A stretch of 64,000 nucleotides of DNA, taken from assembly GCA_001687465.1 (NCBI GenBank), contig LVLI01000035.1:124001-188000 (forward strand), read 5' to 3'. A program made the position numbers and the translations under genes. Below are positions 52,390 to 64,000 of the stretch, piece after piece. This DNA comes from Halocafeteria seosinensis (Eukaryota). The notes below the pieces were generated by a model. The model saw only the letters and a list, made by a program, of their open reading frames with translations, made no database searches and was not told where the DNA came from. How positions within the stretch are numbered: the stretch's first letter is position 1; each line of letters opens with the position of its first letter.

Positions 52390-54031
52390 AATATCTCCAC
52401 CCTGTTCTTCGTCTGTCTCTTATACTACAGCACGAGGCCGATAGCTGGCAGACACAGCAGCCGTCTCAAGCCGTAGCGTGCAACAGGACATGGAGATCAC
52501 TGCTGGATGATACCTGAGCTCCCTCAAGTGGTAGTCCGTTCCGACAAAGGTTAACAGGAAGGACAAACACGAAGCTGAACAAAACCAAATATCTCTTATA
52601 TCTGTGCTAACTACTACACGCCTCCTCCCTCCGGCCGAATTGCTGACCCCGAGCTACGGACTTCCCCTGACTCAGACCTGAATCCCAGGATGAGGTTATC
52701 ACCCAGCGTCTTCTCCATGCACCAAGTTTGGAACATAAGCTATGGGGAAGAGATGAAAACGAATTAAAACAGATATTTACTTAATATATAGCCGATACTC
52801 AAGCGCGGTGGATAAAGTACTCTGTTGCATTGTAGAGCAACTTAGAATTCCTCTTAATTTCTGTCCTGCGTCGGAGACAGGAACCACAGCGGGAGAATTT
52901 ATCCCGCAAAACATGCAATCATCATTGATATGTGTTGGATGCGTTGAAATTGTTCTATTTTATGATAAACTATCGGGGATTCCCGACTCGGGATTTTGTC
53001 GCTAAAGTTCCACCAGTAGTTCCCTGTGACATTCAGCCCCATAACGCCAATCGAAAAGGCCGACCTCGTCGTCATCCAACACTAAGGAGAGTCTGGGGCG
53101 CCATGCATCTTCGAGGGTTGGCTATGTAAACAAGACCAATCCCGTAGTAATCTCTTAATCGGAATTACCTGTGCGTTAGGCAAGGTAACACTTTAACCTC
53201 TAATATCGTAATCAACTACAAAACTGCGCACAGCTTCTTGAATACCGGTACCGCTAATCACCGAATACTACTACGGTATGTGGACATCCGTCAAAGTGGA
53301 AATCAGCTTCCTGCATAGTACAACTCATTAGCTTTTGCAAACGTGAGTTTTTGGAGAATCAACATTTGGCTTGAGCGAATGTAGGTGATTTCAACACCGC
53401 TGGTGGATGGTCCATGATGGTGGGGCATTCAACTTGGAGCGGTTCTTTTTGGCGTCGGTGGTGGTTCTGTTCGAATTCCCTCGTTCACATGTCCCTTAGA
53501 TCTGAATTTTGATTAAGATCTGCTCCTGCCAGCAACGCACATAAACGGTAGCTAAAGTTATAAGTACGAACCTCTTACAAAGTAGCTGGTACACAACGTG
53601 GCAGTGGTTACATAACTCTCGTCTGGTTGAGCCAATCGAATAAAACAACAGTGCGAAGTTAATCAGCTGCCTAGTCTCAATATAGGAGCAGCAAGTGTCA
53701 CGGTGTGGGCGGTACACAGCATACGGAACAAACGACTTGTACCCACCGGAAGATTCCTGTCAGTATCAAGTTGGCAGGTTGAAGTAGGTGGCCAAGGGAG
53801 ACAAAGACACCTTCCTCCGAAGGCCCCCCAGCACCATTTTCATTGTTGATGTGAGATACCAGCGTCCTCAAGGTCGTGTTTTGCACGAGATTAAGCTGAT
53901 CAACGTGTAGTTTAGTTGTTGTTGTTGTTTCCGTTGTCTTTGGTAAAGGACCCCGGGTGGCTGGGGATTCCAAGCAGCGTAGGTATTTCTCCCCTCGTAC
54001 GTACGTGTTAGTTGCTGCATCGGGGGCTACT

Positions 54032-56713
54032 ATGCATCGCTGTGCGCTTAGCACTCTTGTCAGTGCTACACGGACAGGCAGCGGGGTTCGTCGTCTCTTA
54101 CGAACTCATAACAATCACCATCATCAGCTGCTCCTGTTTTCCACTCGGACGCCTCTGGAGGCTGACGTCAATGCCCTTACACGAGGCTTTACGGCGTCAC
54201 AAGGGAGGATTGAACTACCCAGACCAGTGCGTGAACGTCATATTTCGCATGTGGAGGCCGTCTGGGAACGAGTTCAGACTTTAAAAGACCGAGTAGCACA
54301 GGACATGGAGTCCTCGTGGCTGGCATTCACCCCCACGGAAAGGACATTCTTGTCTAATCTATTGAGTAAACTAGGGTTTCCGCCAGGTATGCAATCAGCA
54401 GTGAAGGTTTAGGGGCTTTTGTTGCGATGGACTAACGATGCTTATTTCGTGCACAGGGTTTGGGCGATCGGGAATTCCGAAACCAGGAGGAAGCGGCAAA
54501 CATGGGGGAGGTGGCTCTGGCTCGTCGAATCAGAGTGGCAGTGGAGGAGGAGGAAAGAAAGAGCCCACCCCGGACAACTGGACTTCATTAGCGTTACTCG
54601 CATTGACTTTTCTCGGACTATCAACGTTTTTGACGTCTAATAATCCCCGAGGACAAGAAGTTAGTTGGCAGGAGTTTCGCAACCAGTATTTATCCAAAGG
54701 AGTGGTCGAGCGGTTAGAAGTGGTAAACAAGGAGTTTGTTAAAGTTTACCTACGAAGTAGTAAGTTGGAGTGAGTGATCGTGTTTCCGGGTCCCCCGGCG
54801 TTATCATTGTAGTTGCTTTTGCAGCGCCTCATCCGTCATTTCAGTCCGACTCGACCAAGGATTCAGGAGATGATTACACGTCGTCGTCGTCCTCCTCACA
54901 TGAAAGCTCATCTTCTTCAGGGAAGAATCAGCCAAAGTCCGTGTGGTTCCGCATAGGTAGTGTGGATACGTTTGAGCGACAGTTGGAGGATGCGCAACTG
55001 GATATGGGAATACCCCCGAGCCACTTTGTGCCAGTTAAGCACGTAAGCGAAGCGGATATGACCGATATATTGATGAGACTTCTACCCACATTACTGTTAA
55101 TCGGGGCATACTTTTTCTTCATGAATCGAATGGGGGGCGGCAGTGTAGGTGGTGGTGGAGGAGGAGGAGGTGGGGGTATTAATCGAATGTTTAGTATCGG
55201 AAAGGCAAAGCCGGCAGTAAATAAGGACCATAAAGTAACGACGAAATTTAGCGACGTNGCAGGTGTCGATGAAGCAAAGATGGAAGTAGTGGAGTTTGTT
55301 GAGTTTCTCCGCGACCCTTCGCGGTTCACTAAGCTAGGTGCGAAAATCCCCAAAGGAGCACTTCTGGTCGGTCCTCCAGGTACAGGCAAAACGTTACTGG
55401 CGAAAGCAGTAGCGGGGGAAGCTTCTGTTCCATTCTTTAGTATGAGTGGCTCAGATTTTATTGAAATGTTTGTAGGAGTGGGTCCTAGTCGAGTGCGAGA
55501 TTTGTTTAAGCAAGCCCGGGAGTCCGCTCCATGCATCATCTTCCTCGATGAAATCGATGCCGTTGCCAGAGCAAGAGGCAAAGGAGGGTTCTCTGGAGGT
55601 AACGATGAACGAGAAAATACATTGAATCAGCTGCTTGTTGAGATGGATGGATTCCTTAGTACAGAAGGCATCGTTGTTCTGGCCGGAACCAACCGAATCG
55701 ACATTTTAGATAAGGCCATTCTCCGGCCCGGGAGATTTGACAGGCAAATTACAATTGATAAACCAGACATTAAAGGACGAGAACAAATATTCAGAGTGTA
55801 CTTGAAGAACTTGACCTTGTCGGCTCCTATCGAAGACTATTCATACCGGATGGCTTCGTTAACCCCGGGCTTTACTGGCGCTGACATCGCAAATGTGTGT
55901 AATGAAGCTGCAATCGTTGCTGCGCGTGCTGCTAAGGAAGCCGTGGACCTTGACGACTTCGAACAGGCGATTGATCGTGTAATCGGAGGATTGGAAAAGC
56001 GGAACTCCCTTATGTCTCAAGAAGAGAAGCGAACGATAGCTTACCATGAGTCCGGTCACGCAGTTGCTGGGTGGTTCTTAAAGCACGCTGACCCATTGCT
56101 TAAGGTGACTATCGTTCCTCGTGGCAGCGGTGCATTAGGGTTCGCTCAGTATCTGCCGAAGGAAGTTTCTTTGTACTCGAAAGAGGCTCTAATAGATCGG
56201 ATGTGCATGGCTCTTGCCGGACGAGCTAGTGAGGAAGTAAACTTTAATCAAATAACTACTGGTGCTAGCGACGACCTAGACAAGGTGACGCAAATGGCGT
56301 ATGGCATGATAAGTATCTACGGGATGAACGATGCCTTAGGGAAGCTATCGTTCCCACCTAAAGACGAAATGCAGATGACGAAGCCATACTCCGACAAGAC
56401 TGCTACGCTGATTGATGAAGAAGCCCGACAACTAGTCGATTTCTGTTACCAGAGGGTAAAAGATCTGATCGTTGAGAAGAAGGAAGAAGTTGGGAAAGTG
56501 GCGGAATTGCTTCTGGAAAGAGAGACCGTTAACCAAAACGATCTCGTTCAGTTGATTGGGCCGCGACCATACAAAATGGAGGTAAGTCTACGCACCCGTT
56601 TGCGCACAGTGTTACGCTTATTCGAAAGTGTTGAACCCGATTTATCGCAGAATACGTTCCGCGAGTACGTTGATCCGTCGTACCAAAAGAACGATACCGA
56701 AGAGGATAAATGA
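54032..56713 (+). CDS. AFG3: Mitochondrial m-AAA metalloprotease (FtsH family, AFG3-like)
   Basis: Presequence; [39 protein letters not shown]; Walker A GPPGTGKT; Walker [14 protein letters not shown] zinc motif. Introns ~54388-54456, 54760-54824, 56582-56650. One ambiguous base (n) at 55258. Confidence 0.93.
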
Positions 56714-57070
56714 ACATTATTAAGGTTTTGTGAGATGGGGGCTACTTGTCCAAACTATTATGATTGAGCATAGGACACATTGGCGGAATCCTAGCGCAGC
56801 TTCGAATCTTGTGCATTGCTCTTCACAGCAGCCTTTAATTGGAGAGCTGCGGCGGAGGAAAGGATTACCCATGTAACTATTGACAGTGTAAATTTATTGA
56901 ATAGATACTATAGATACCACTTTTCGATTAGGTATTTGAAATATGTAAAACAGTATCAGTTTCGTTGATAAGAAGACTCCGACTTAGTATATGTCAGGCT
57001 CATGTTTTCATGCGGTTTCTATCTGTTTCCGCTGCAATGCCTGGGTCGTCTCTACAAGCGTCCAAGTTTG

Positions 57071-59596
57071 CTACTGTCGTTGAGAAACTGACTGGAATGC
57101 CGATTGTTTCCCAGCAGATCTGCTGCATCCGGCAGCCGCTTCCACGGGTGTCGGACTCGTGGCAGCGTCCACTTTGTCACTCGCTTGAGATGTTCTCCAG
57201 CCGTCGTCAAAATTATATAACCGTTGATAGAGATCATGGGATCTATTTCTCTTTTCTCGGAGCTGTTTAATGTTAGATCTCAACATACTTAGTTGCTGGG
57301 AGAACATTTGGTTCGTCAGAGCTATAGCGTTTTCATAGCTATTTACATGCTGCTGCATGAATGGTGGGGGCTGTCTGGATTTTGATTGAGTCTGGCCTTC
57401 AGTACTATCATCTCCGTTTCCCTCTTTCCTGTGTCCGGTGGCATCATTGGTTCCTTCCTCCTTGTATAGATTTTCAGCCAGATGTCTATAGATGCGACTC
57501 TGATACCCATTTTCTTGAGGAAACCGACGAGGCCCCCTATCCTGATGCTGGTAGGGATATTGTGGAACTTGTGGGTACACACCCGGTGACACGAAAGGAT
57601 AAGACGCCCCTGGGAACACATACGAAGCCATCTGTGGCATGTATTGCTGGGCTGCTGGAGGCATGGGAGCAGTAGGATAACCTGGCTGAAAGGTAAACCC
57701 GTAGGAGCCCTGTGGAGCTTGTGCGTACTCTGGTGGAGGGATCGGCGCATTGGCTGGATGGACACCATTAGGTTGTACAGCGGCATAGCCACTGTGTGAT
57801 GTATACGAACCATGGCTGCCTCCTTGTCTCCTGAAATGCTCCGAGCCAGTTGCTGGGGCAGAGACATTTCGATCATGCAACGATTCCTGCCCGGCTGGAC
57901 TTCGTTGACTAGTTGCTGCTGCAGGGCCACAAGACACCGATGCACTAGTATGCTTCTGTGTGGGGGCAGTCACGCTTGGTTCAGGTGCAACATGCTCTCT
58001 TAGAGGCGAATCTACTTGCAGTGCCTGGGAAGATGATGTTTTCTCGGAATGTCTCGATGCCCCAACCGTTGGGGATTCGTAGTCTTCAGAGTACGAATCC
58101 GCGGTGTTTCTACCATCAGAACCCGGAGGTTTGTTGACGGGGTGCTCCTCGATGGACTCTAATCGAGGAGCACCTGAGTCCATAACTCTTATATCTTCCC
58201 GCAAAACCCCATCTTCATCATCGCCATCATCGTATACAATCCTATATGTGCCGTCATCGTTTACATCCGCCACCTTGCCAGTGAAATACTCTGTACCTCC
58301 TGCCCGGGCACCAAACAGAGCATTCACGCGCGTCCCGGGAGGAAGATTCTTTTCTCTGGAAGACGCTGTTTCCTTTGCTACGGGGCTGTCTAATTCCGAC
58401 TCGGACACAAAGCTTTCGGAGTATGCGTCATCGTATTCATTGCTCGTATTTCTCCCTGCCTGCTTCGACATGGGTAGACTGTTGCTTTCGTCGGCACCAA
58501 AATCATTAGATTCCACTTCCTCAGCAACGTCTCCAGGTTGCTGCATTTTGGAGATTGTCTGTATTTTCTTATATGGTACGTTTTGCTGGACTTCGTTGTT
58601 AGTATCAGAGTCATCGTTCGTGTCACTGCTTTCCACAGAGAAGGCGGTGTCATCTTTCGTATTCGCTGCTTGTGTTGCGGAAGACACAGTTGCACTAGGT
58701 CCTTTGCTAAGGGAAAACGCATTGTTGCCCCTTGGGTCCAAGAACTTAATGTTGTTTCTCTGTACGAAGCTATCACTTGCAGACTCAGACATGGAAAGCT
58801 CCTCCGAGCTGATTCCGTATCTCGTTCCGCCAGCAGGGTCCTCCCGAGCTGCTGGTTTAACAGAGGAAGGCATCGGATGTTCATTGAGAACAACGGTTGG
58901 TTCAGTGTTTAAACCAGAAGGAGGGCGGTCTCTGTTCTCAGATACCGTCCCTGGCTTCTGTTGTGGAGATTCTTCTTCCTCGAAAGACGACGTCCCCGTG
59001 TCGAAGCTTTCTGACATTTCCCTGCAAGACCCGAATCTTCATTTTCTGGACTATTCCTAGCTTTCATTTAATTATGTTACTTACAATGCATCACTTGTTT
59101 GGGTGGTCCTTTTGGCCTGGGTGGCTTGTTTCAAGCCGTATTTATTCAAATAGTATTGTGCCTTTGAAACAGGGTTGTCTTCAGTTCGCCTTCTAGCAAA
59201 CTCCTCAGTCTGTTGGCGGCGCTGCGTTGGTGGCGATCCATTACTGCTGTGTTTCTTTCTCTGGTTAGAGGGTGAATGGTGTTTCTTCTGCGAATGTCTT
59301 CTGCCCTGTCGTCCTTGTTGCTCCTCCTCGGCGTCATCATCGTCCTCGTCATCGACAATTTCAAAATCATAGGGGTCCGAAGAGCCGTGTTTTCCACTCT
59401 GCGGTTGTTTCTTGCGGTGTGTCGTCCATAACTCGCCGTATACTTTGGATTTAGGCGGTTCCTCAACCCCGACATCGAACTCATAGTCGTAGGCATGTTG
59501 CTGTCGCCGTGACGACTGCTGCTGTTGCTTGTAGGCTCGATTAGCACTGCCACTCCCGGCCAAAGCCGCCGCCGCCGAGCTCAAACGCCCCGACAT
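57071..59596 (-). CDS. Large low-complexity protein with one Tudor-like domain (~820 aa)
   Basis: Exon 59596-59084 splices in frame to 59021-57071. Tudor-like segment GTRVNALFGARAGGTEYFTGKVADVNDDGTYRIVYDDGDDEDGV at ~58183-58348; C-terminal helical segment. Confidence 0.75.
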
Positions 59597-60038
59597 TTAA
59601 TTGATGACTATGCCTCCTCTCGTACTGTTGTACAAGTAGTTGTACTTGTGGTACAACCGGATGCTTTTGTTCGAGGGGAAAGAAGGACGCACGCTTCTTC
59701 TCTTTACCGAGGCCAGCAACCAACCTTCCTTGCTCGCGAGTGTACTCTACAGCAAGCACAATAAGTGCCATCGAATCAACCCAACGATAATCCTTCCTTT
59801 GCCAACACCATGGCATGGACCCTGTCTTTGCGTTGGGAAGAGGAGAACCTTACCTGTTAACTTAACGCTTCCTGCTTCACAGACCAGCTACCTGGCTGCC
59901 TTGTGAAGATGGCCGAGACCATGATGTGTTAAGTCCACATGTACATGAAACAGAGAGTATTGCTGGCGAGTTCCCTTTGCAACTGGAGCGCTAAAGTTAC
60001 CTAAGTTCGACGCAAAGCATCGTGTTTTAAGTGACAAG

Positions 60039-61277
60039 ATGTCAGCTAAACTTGCTGCGGAGCATCTCTTCGGTATCTCGGGGAAAACCAGGTGCGTACC
60101 GATTTTGTCTGCACGATACACAGTGTAGGGCATTGCAAAAGGGGGATACTCTTAAGTGACATGATTATTCCTGCTAACTGGTATTGGTATTGCCTCCTTT
60201 GTTTGTATTGACAGTGTCGTCACCGGAGGCGGTCGTGGAATTGGATACCTCATCGCCAAGACCTTTGTTCAAAACAATGCCAAAGTATACATTACCTCGC
60301 GGAATGAAAAAGCCTGCAAGGTATACATGGAATACTGTGGTTTGTTCCGTATGCTCATGTAAATTTTTTTCTATGAATCCCGCAGACAGCTGCAGACGAG
60401 TTAACCAAGCTCGGACCAGGCGAATGTATCCCAATGGCTCATGATCTGAGCTCGTTGGAAGGATGCTCTACTTTCACTGAAGAGCTGCAGAGTAGAGAAG
60501 ACAAACTGCACATACTCGTCAATGTACGTTTTATTGCTTGTTTCGCGGACGCATGGATCAACACAAAATTGACGAAGAATCGCTCCAAGATATGCAGAAC
60601 TCAGGAACTAGCTGGGGAGAACCACTGGATACTTATCCTGATCATGCATGGGGTAAAGTATTCGATTTGAATGTGAAAACCGTCTTTAATCTTTCGAGGG
60701 CGTGTTTGCCGTTACTTGATTCTGCTGCCACGGAAGAAGACCCCTCCCGGATTATTAATATTGGTAGCATAGCCGGGATTCAACCACAGCCAGTACCGAC
60801 GTATGCCTACGATGCGAGTAAAGCCGCTGTACACATGCTTACGAAAAAGCTCTCGTCCGAATTTGCGGATCGACGCTCTGAAGGCGGATACCGAATCACC
60901 GTCAATGCTATTGCACCGGGTTTCGTACCGTCGAAGATGTCCCAACAATTACTCACTTATACGAGCAAAGAAGCTATTGAAAGCGGTACGTTATTGGTTA
61001 CACAATTTAAAGGGAGTGCTGTGTTTTTGGATAAATTATCTCTCTCATGCATGAGCAGCTGTACCACTTGGGCGCTTGGGGCAAGCGGAAGACATAGGCG
61101 GAGCTGCTCTCTATCTATCGTCGAAAGCAGGTACGTCCCGCAGTATTTGTGTGTAGTGTACAATACCGAGCGTCAATCTCGTTTACTGGCGTTCCAGGCG
61201 CGTGGGTTACTGGAGCTATTTTACCTGTTGATGGTGGAACCACTTCCCAACCTTTCCAAATGGTGCCGAATCTTTAG
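60039..61277 (+). CDS. Short-chain dehydrogenase/reductase (classical SDR)
   Basis: Spliced MSAKLAAEHLFGISGKTSVVTGGGRGIG, LVNNSG, INIGSIAG, YDASK (YxxxK), VNAIAPGFVPS, WVTGAILPVDGG; TAG at 61275-61277. Confidence 0.93.
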
Positions 61278-61364
61278 CGCATCTTGCCCATGGACTATGT
61301 ATACTGCCATTACAGCTTCTAGTACGGGGACGGTCAACTGACGATACTACCACTACTGTTGCTT

Positions 61365-62112
61365 CTATTCTTCATCGTCTGCATCCTCGTTGTCGGTTGT
61401 ATCTGTATAGTTTTCGCTTCCTTCGGATTTCGGAGTCCAATCGGGAACCGTGGTGTGCCCGTCACAGTATAGAATTAAGCGCGAGGATAACTCTGGGGCG
61501 TTCACATTCAACACCCTGCAGACATACGAGAGAGTTGCCAAGTAATATACTGTGCTACTGTTTGAGGGAATCTGGACATACATGCACTCGTCTTTGTCTC
61601 GCTGCTCATCTTCCAGATCCATAATGGTAACCGCAGGTGGCTGCATGCGTAATATGCACTACAATAGCGCAGCGTGCAGCCTGAGAATATCGGGCACTTA
61701 CATCTTTACAGAAGATAGATATTTCCTTGGGTCCGTTGTCTTTCCCGTCAGCGTCTTGATGCTGTATTCTCTGTTGACGTTTCCTCTCTTGGCGGTAGAG
61801 TTTGTCTATTTCTCGTTGGAGTTTATGCACTTCCACCTCTGCCGGGTTAGCCGGAGATTCGATCTCGTTCTGAAGCTCTTTGATCTTTGCCTCTGCTTCA
61901 TGCAATGACTTCTTTAGTGCCTGAACAGTTTGCTCGTACTCGTTTCGTACGGCACTGCATGATCCTTCCCCACTGGGTGAGTGCCCTTGCTGATGGATTC
62001 CTGTGTGGGGAACTGAGCCCTGTATTTCAAACGCTTCACTGGAGCCCAGCGCCATAAGCAGCACAGATACTACCAACAAAGCAGTCTGCATCTTTCTTCG
62101 GGGCTCTCCCAT
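61365..62112 (-). CDS. Hypothetical secreted coiled-coil protein with an acidic tail
   Basis: Signal-peptide-like MQTALLVVSVLLMALGSSEA, a heptad region, two probable introns, and C-terminus DTTDNEDADDEE. Confidence 0.65.
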
Positions 62113-62849
62113 GCTAGTATGTCATTCATATAATGCTGTGTTGCTCATACGGTCGTCGGCTAGGATGTGTTTATAGCTATGTCTACTTGTACGCGCTCCA
62201 GGGACAGACAGACACCAACGGGGCACAAAACGCTTACTACCACAAGCACCGATCCCGTGACGGCAGTCAACACTCTCTCTTGCTGATACACTAAAAAGTT
62301 AGGAGCAGGAACAAAAAATACGCAGTCAAATTACAAGACCGTCTACCCTTGGTATACTTCTGGGCTACAAGTTCTGGTATTCTATCCTGGAACTTCAACA
62401 AGAGACCTTACACGTCGATTAAACACAGGATTACAGAGCAACATGATTAAATATGTAGGGATTTTCCGGCTATAAGGGAGTTCCGTGGGATTCAAAGGGG
62501 TTTCTAAGAAGCTGGTGCTTGTCACCTGGGCTGCAGAGCATACTCCGATACAGTTCAGAATGGGGAACGTACGTACTCTGCCCGAAATCTTAGTCAAAAT
62601 GAAAAACGGCTTTGAAGCAGACGGCAATATGGATCATACGCACAATATCAATGGACTCAACCGCTTCCTTGATATGAGGCAGAAAGAATTCGCAGCAAAT
62701 AATATTGGGATAACTCCCCTGGAGTACATACGTAGCATCTACAAGTGTGCGCGTTCAAAGCCAAGAAAACTAAAAGACGACTTAACTACCAGGTTCACAG
62801 TCAACTATAAGTTACTATCAGCAAGGAAGGAGGAATTAACCTGATACTT

Positions 62850-64000
62850 CTAGGTGAGATCAGTCCTATGAGACAGAAGGTACTGCTTAGCGATCTTCTC
62901 GTCACGGTCGGAATCGTCCAACAAGGGAAGCAGCGTGTCCTGTACCCGCTTATTGTAGGCATTTACCCATTCCTTCTCCTGCGGGGTCAGCATAGACAGC
63001 TCCATCAGCGACGTCTGCAAAGGGGCGCACGTTATAGACTCAAAATAGCAGTAGGATTTGTCACTGCAGCCGAGCTTCGATCCATGCTCCCTTTGGCGTA
63101 CAGTCAAAACATCTTCGATGCGAATCCCAAATTTCCCTTCTTCGTAATAGCCTGGTTCAATTGTAAATATCATGCCTGGTTTTAGCCCAGAGTCATTGGC
63201 ACTGGCTCCTTGACGTATAGCAGGGGGAGCTTCATGGACATTCAAGTGTGCACCGACCCCATGGCCTGTGCCGTGGGAGTAATTCAATCCCTCGTTCCAT
63301 AAAAATTGCCGTGCAAAGCCATCTACTTGATACCCAAATGCCCCGTGGGGAAATACGGCGTTGGAACAGGCGATAAACCCCTTAAGCACTAAGGTGTAGA
63401 GTTTGCGTTGCTCCTCTGTTGGGCGAGAAAAGTGCACTGTCCGGGTTCTGCGTCATAAGGTCCATTCGAGCATGACCACCGTATACGATCACGAATAAAA
63501 CATCGTCAACTTACATATCGGTGGTGCCGTCCGAGTATTGGCCTCCCGAATCACACAGATATAGTGAATGGGGATCCAGAACAGAGCATGCGTCTTGCGT
63601 AGGGCTATAATGGATGACGGCGCCGTTAGACCCAGTGCTAGAAATCGTTTCAAAAGAGAGCGACTTGAATTCCGGGTTTTCTTGGCGGAACGATTTTAGC
63701 TTTTCAGCTACCCAATACTCGGTAAGCTGCCGTTCTTCGCACAGGCGTTTCTCCCATGATGCTTGATCCAGACCCTCCTTGCCGGCACGGGACGAGGCTT
63801 CCTCAAGAACACTATTTATTTGATCATGCAACCACGCCAGGTACTTAACGATGGCTCTCCCATCGCGTATGTGGCATCTTCTCATTCCCTCGATTTCTTC
63901 TTGCGTCTTGATCGACTTTAGCTCTTTTATCGGACTCGTGCGCTCTACAACTGTAGTAGGTGGTAAGAGCATTTGAATTCCCAGGCTACAGGATTGAGGA
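62850..64000 (-). CDS. Xaa-Pro aminopeptidase (aminopeptidase P, M24B); 5' part lies outside the window
   Basis: CDSGGQYSDGTTD(I)TRTVHF across an intron at ~63514-63448; HGTGHGVGAHLNVHEAP, TIEPGYYEEGKFGIRIED, WVNAYN. Confidence 0.95.

Noticed and set aside
52480..53950. 1.5 kb gap between the transporter and AFG3 with splice-like signals and a C-box-like ATGATGA on the minus strand
   Set aside because: No coherent ORF, and no matching D box or terminal stem; a non-coding transcript cannot be shown from sequence alone.
58104..59060. 318-aa plus-strand ORF, and similar shadow ORFs (54928-55581, 33257-33889, 25752-26243, 22707-23342)
   Set aside because: Antisense or alternate-frame shadows of better-supported genes, with no domain features.
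62485..62844. 119-codon plus-strand ORF ending next to the aminopeptidase stop
   Set aside because: No ATG at the ORF start, no recognisable motif and no clear splice structure; cannot be supported, though a small gene is not excluded.

Overview
Gene-dense eukaryotic nuclear DNA with short (mostly 60-90 nt) GT-AG spliceosomal introns and the standard genetic code. PACRG implies a flagellated organism; it is probably a protist, possibly a stramenopile, but the species cannot be identified from this window. About 22 protein genes can be reconstructed by manual splicing: a large secreted LRR / DUF4082-like / Cys-repeat protein, ALG1, an EF-hand protein, a PROSER3-like protein, a CoA-type Nudix hydrolase, PACRG, RTF2, a divergent Rab7-like GTPase, a multi-pass membrane protein, a VAMP7-like SNARE, an HPS6-like protein, a PiT/PHO4 phosphate transporter, a BEACH protein, DPH1, a Tim21-thioredoxin-like fusion, a cationic amino-acid transporter, an m-AAA protease, a Tudor-like protein, an SDR, a partial aminopeptidase P and two orphans. 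There is also a decayed Mutator-like (MULE) transposase at about 8.2-10.1 kb. The most notable observations are (1) a ~1,650-1,700 aa secreted protein, largely invisible in the ORF track, whose LRRs sit on symmetric phase-2 cassette exons, followed by four DUF4082-like domains and Cys/Pro tandem repeats; (2) a ~21 kb run of endolysosomal / lysosome-related-organelle trafficking genes; and (3) the Tim21 fusion to a CxxC-less thioredoxin-like domain. All family assignments come from motif recognition by eye; no database searches were run.
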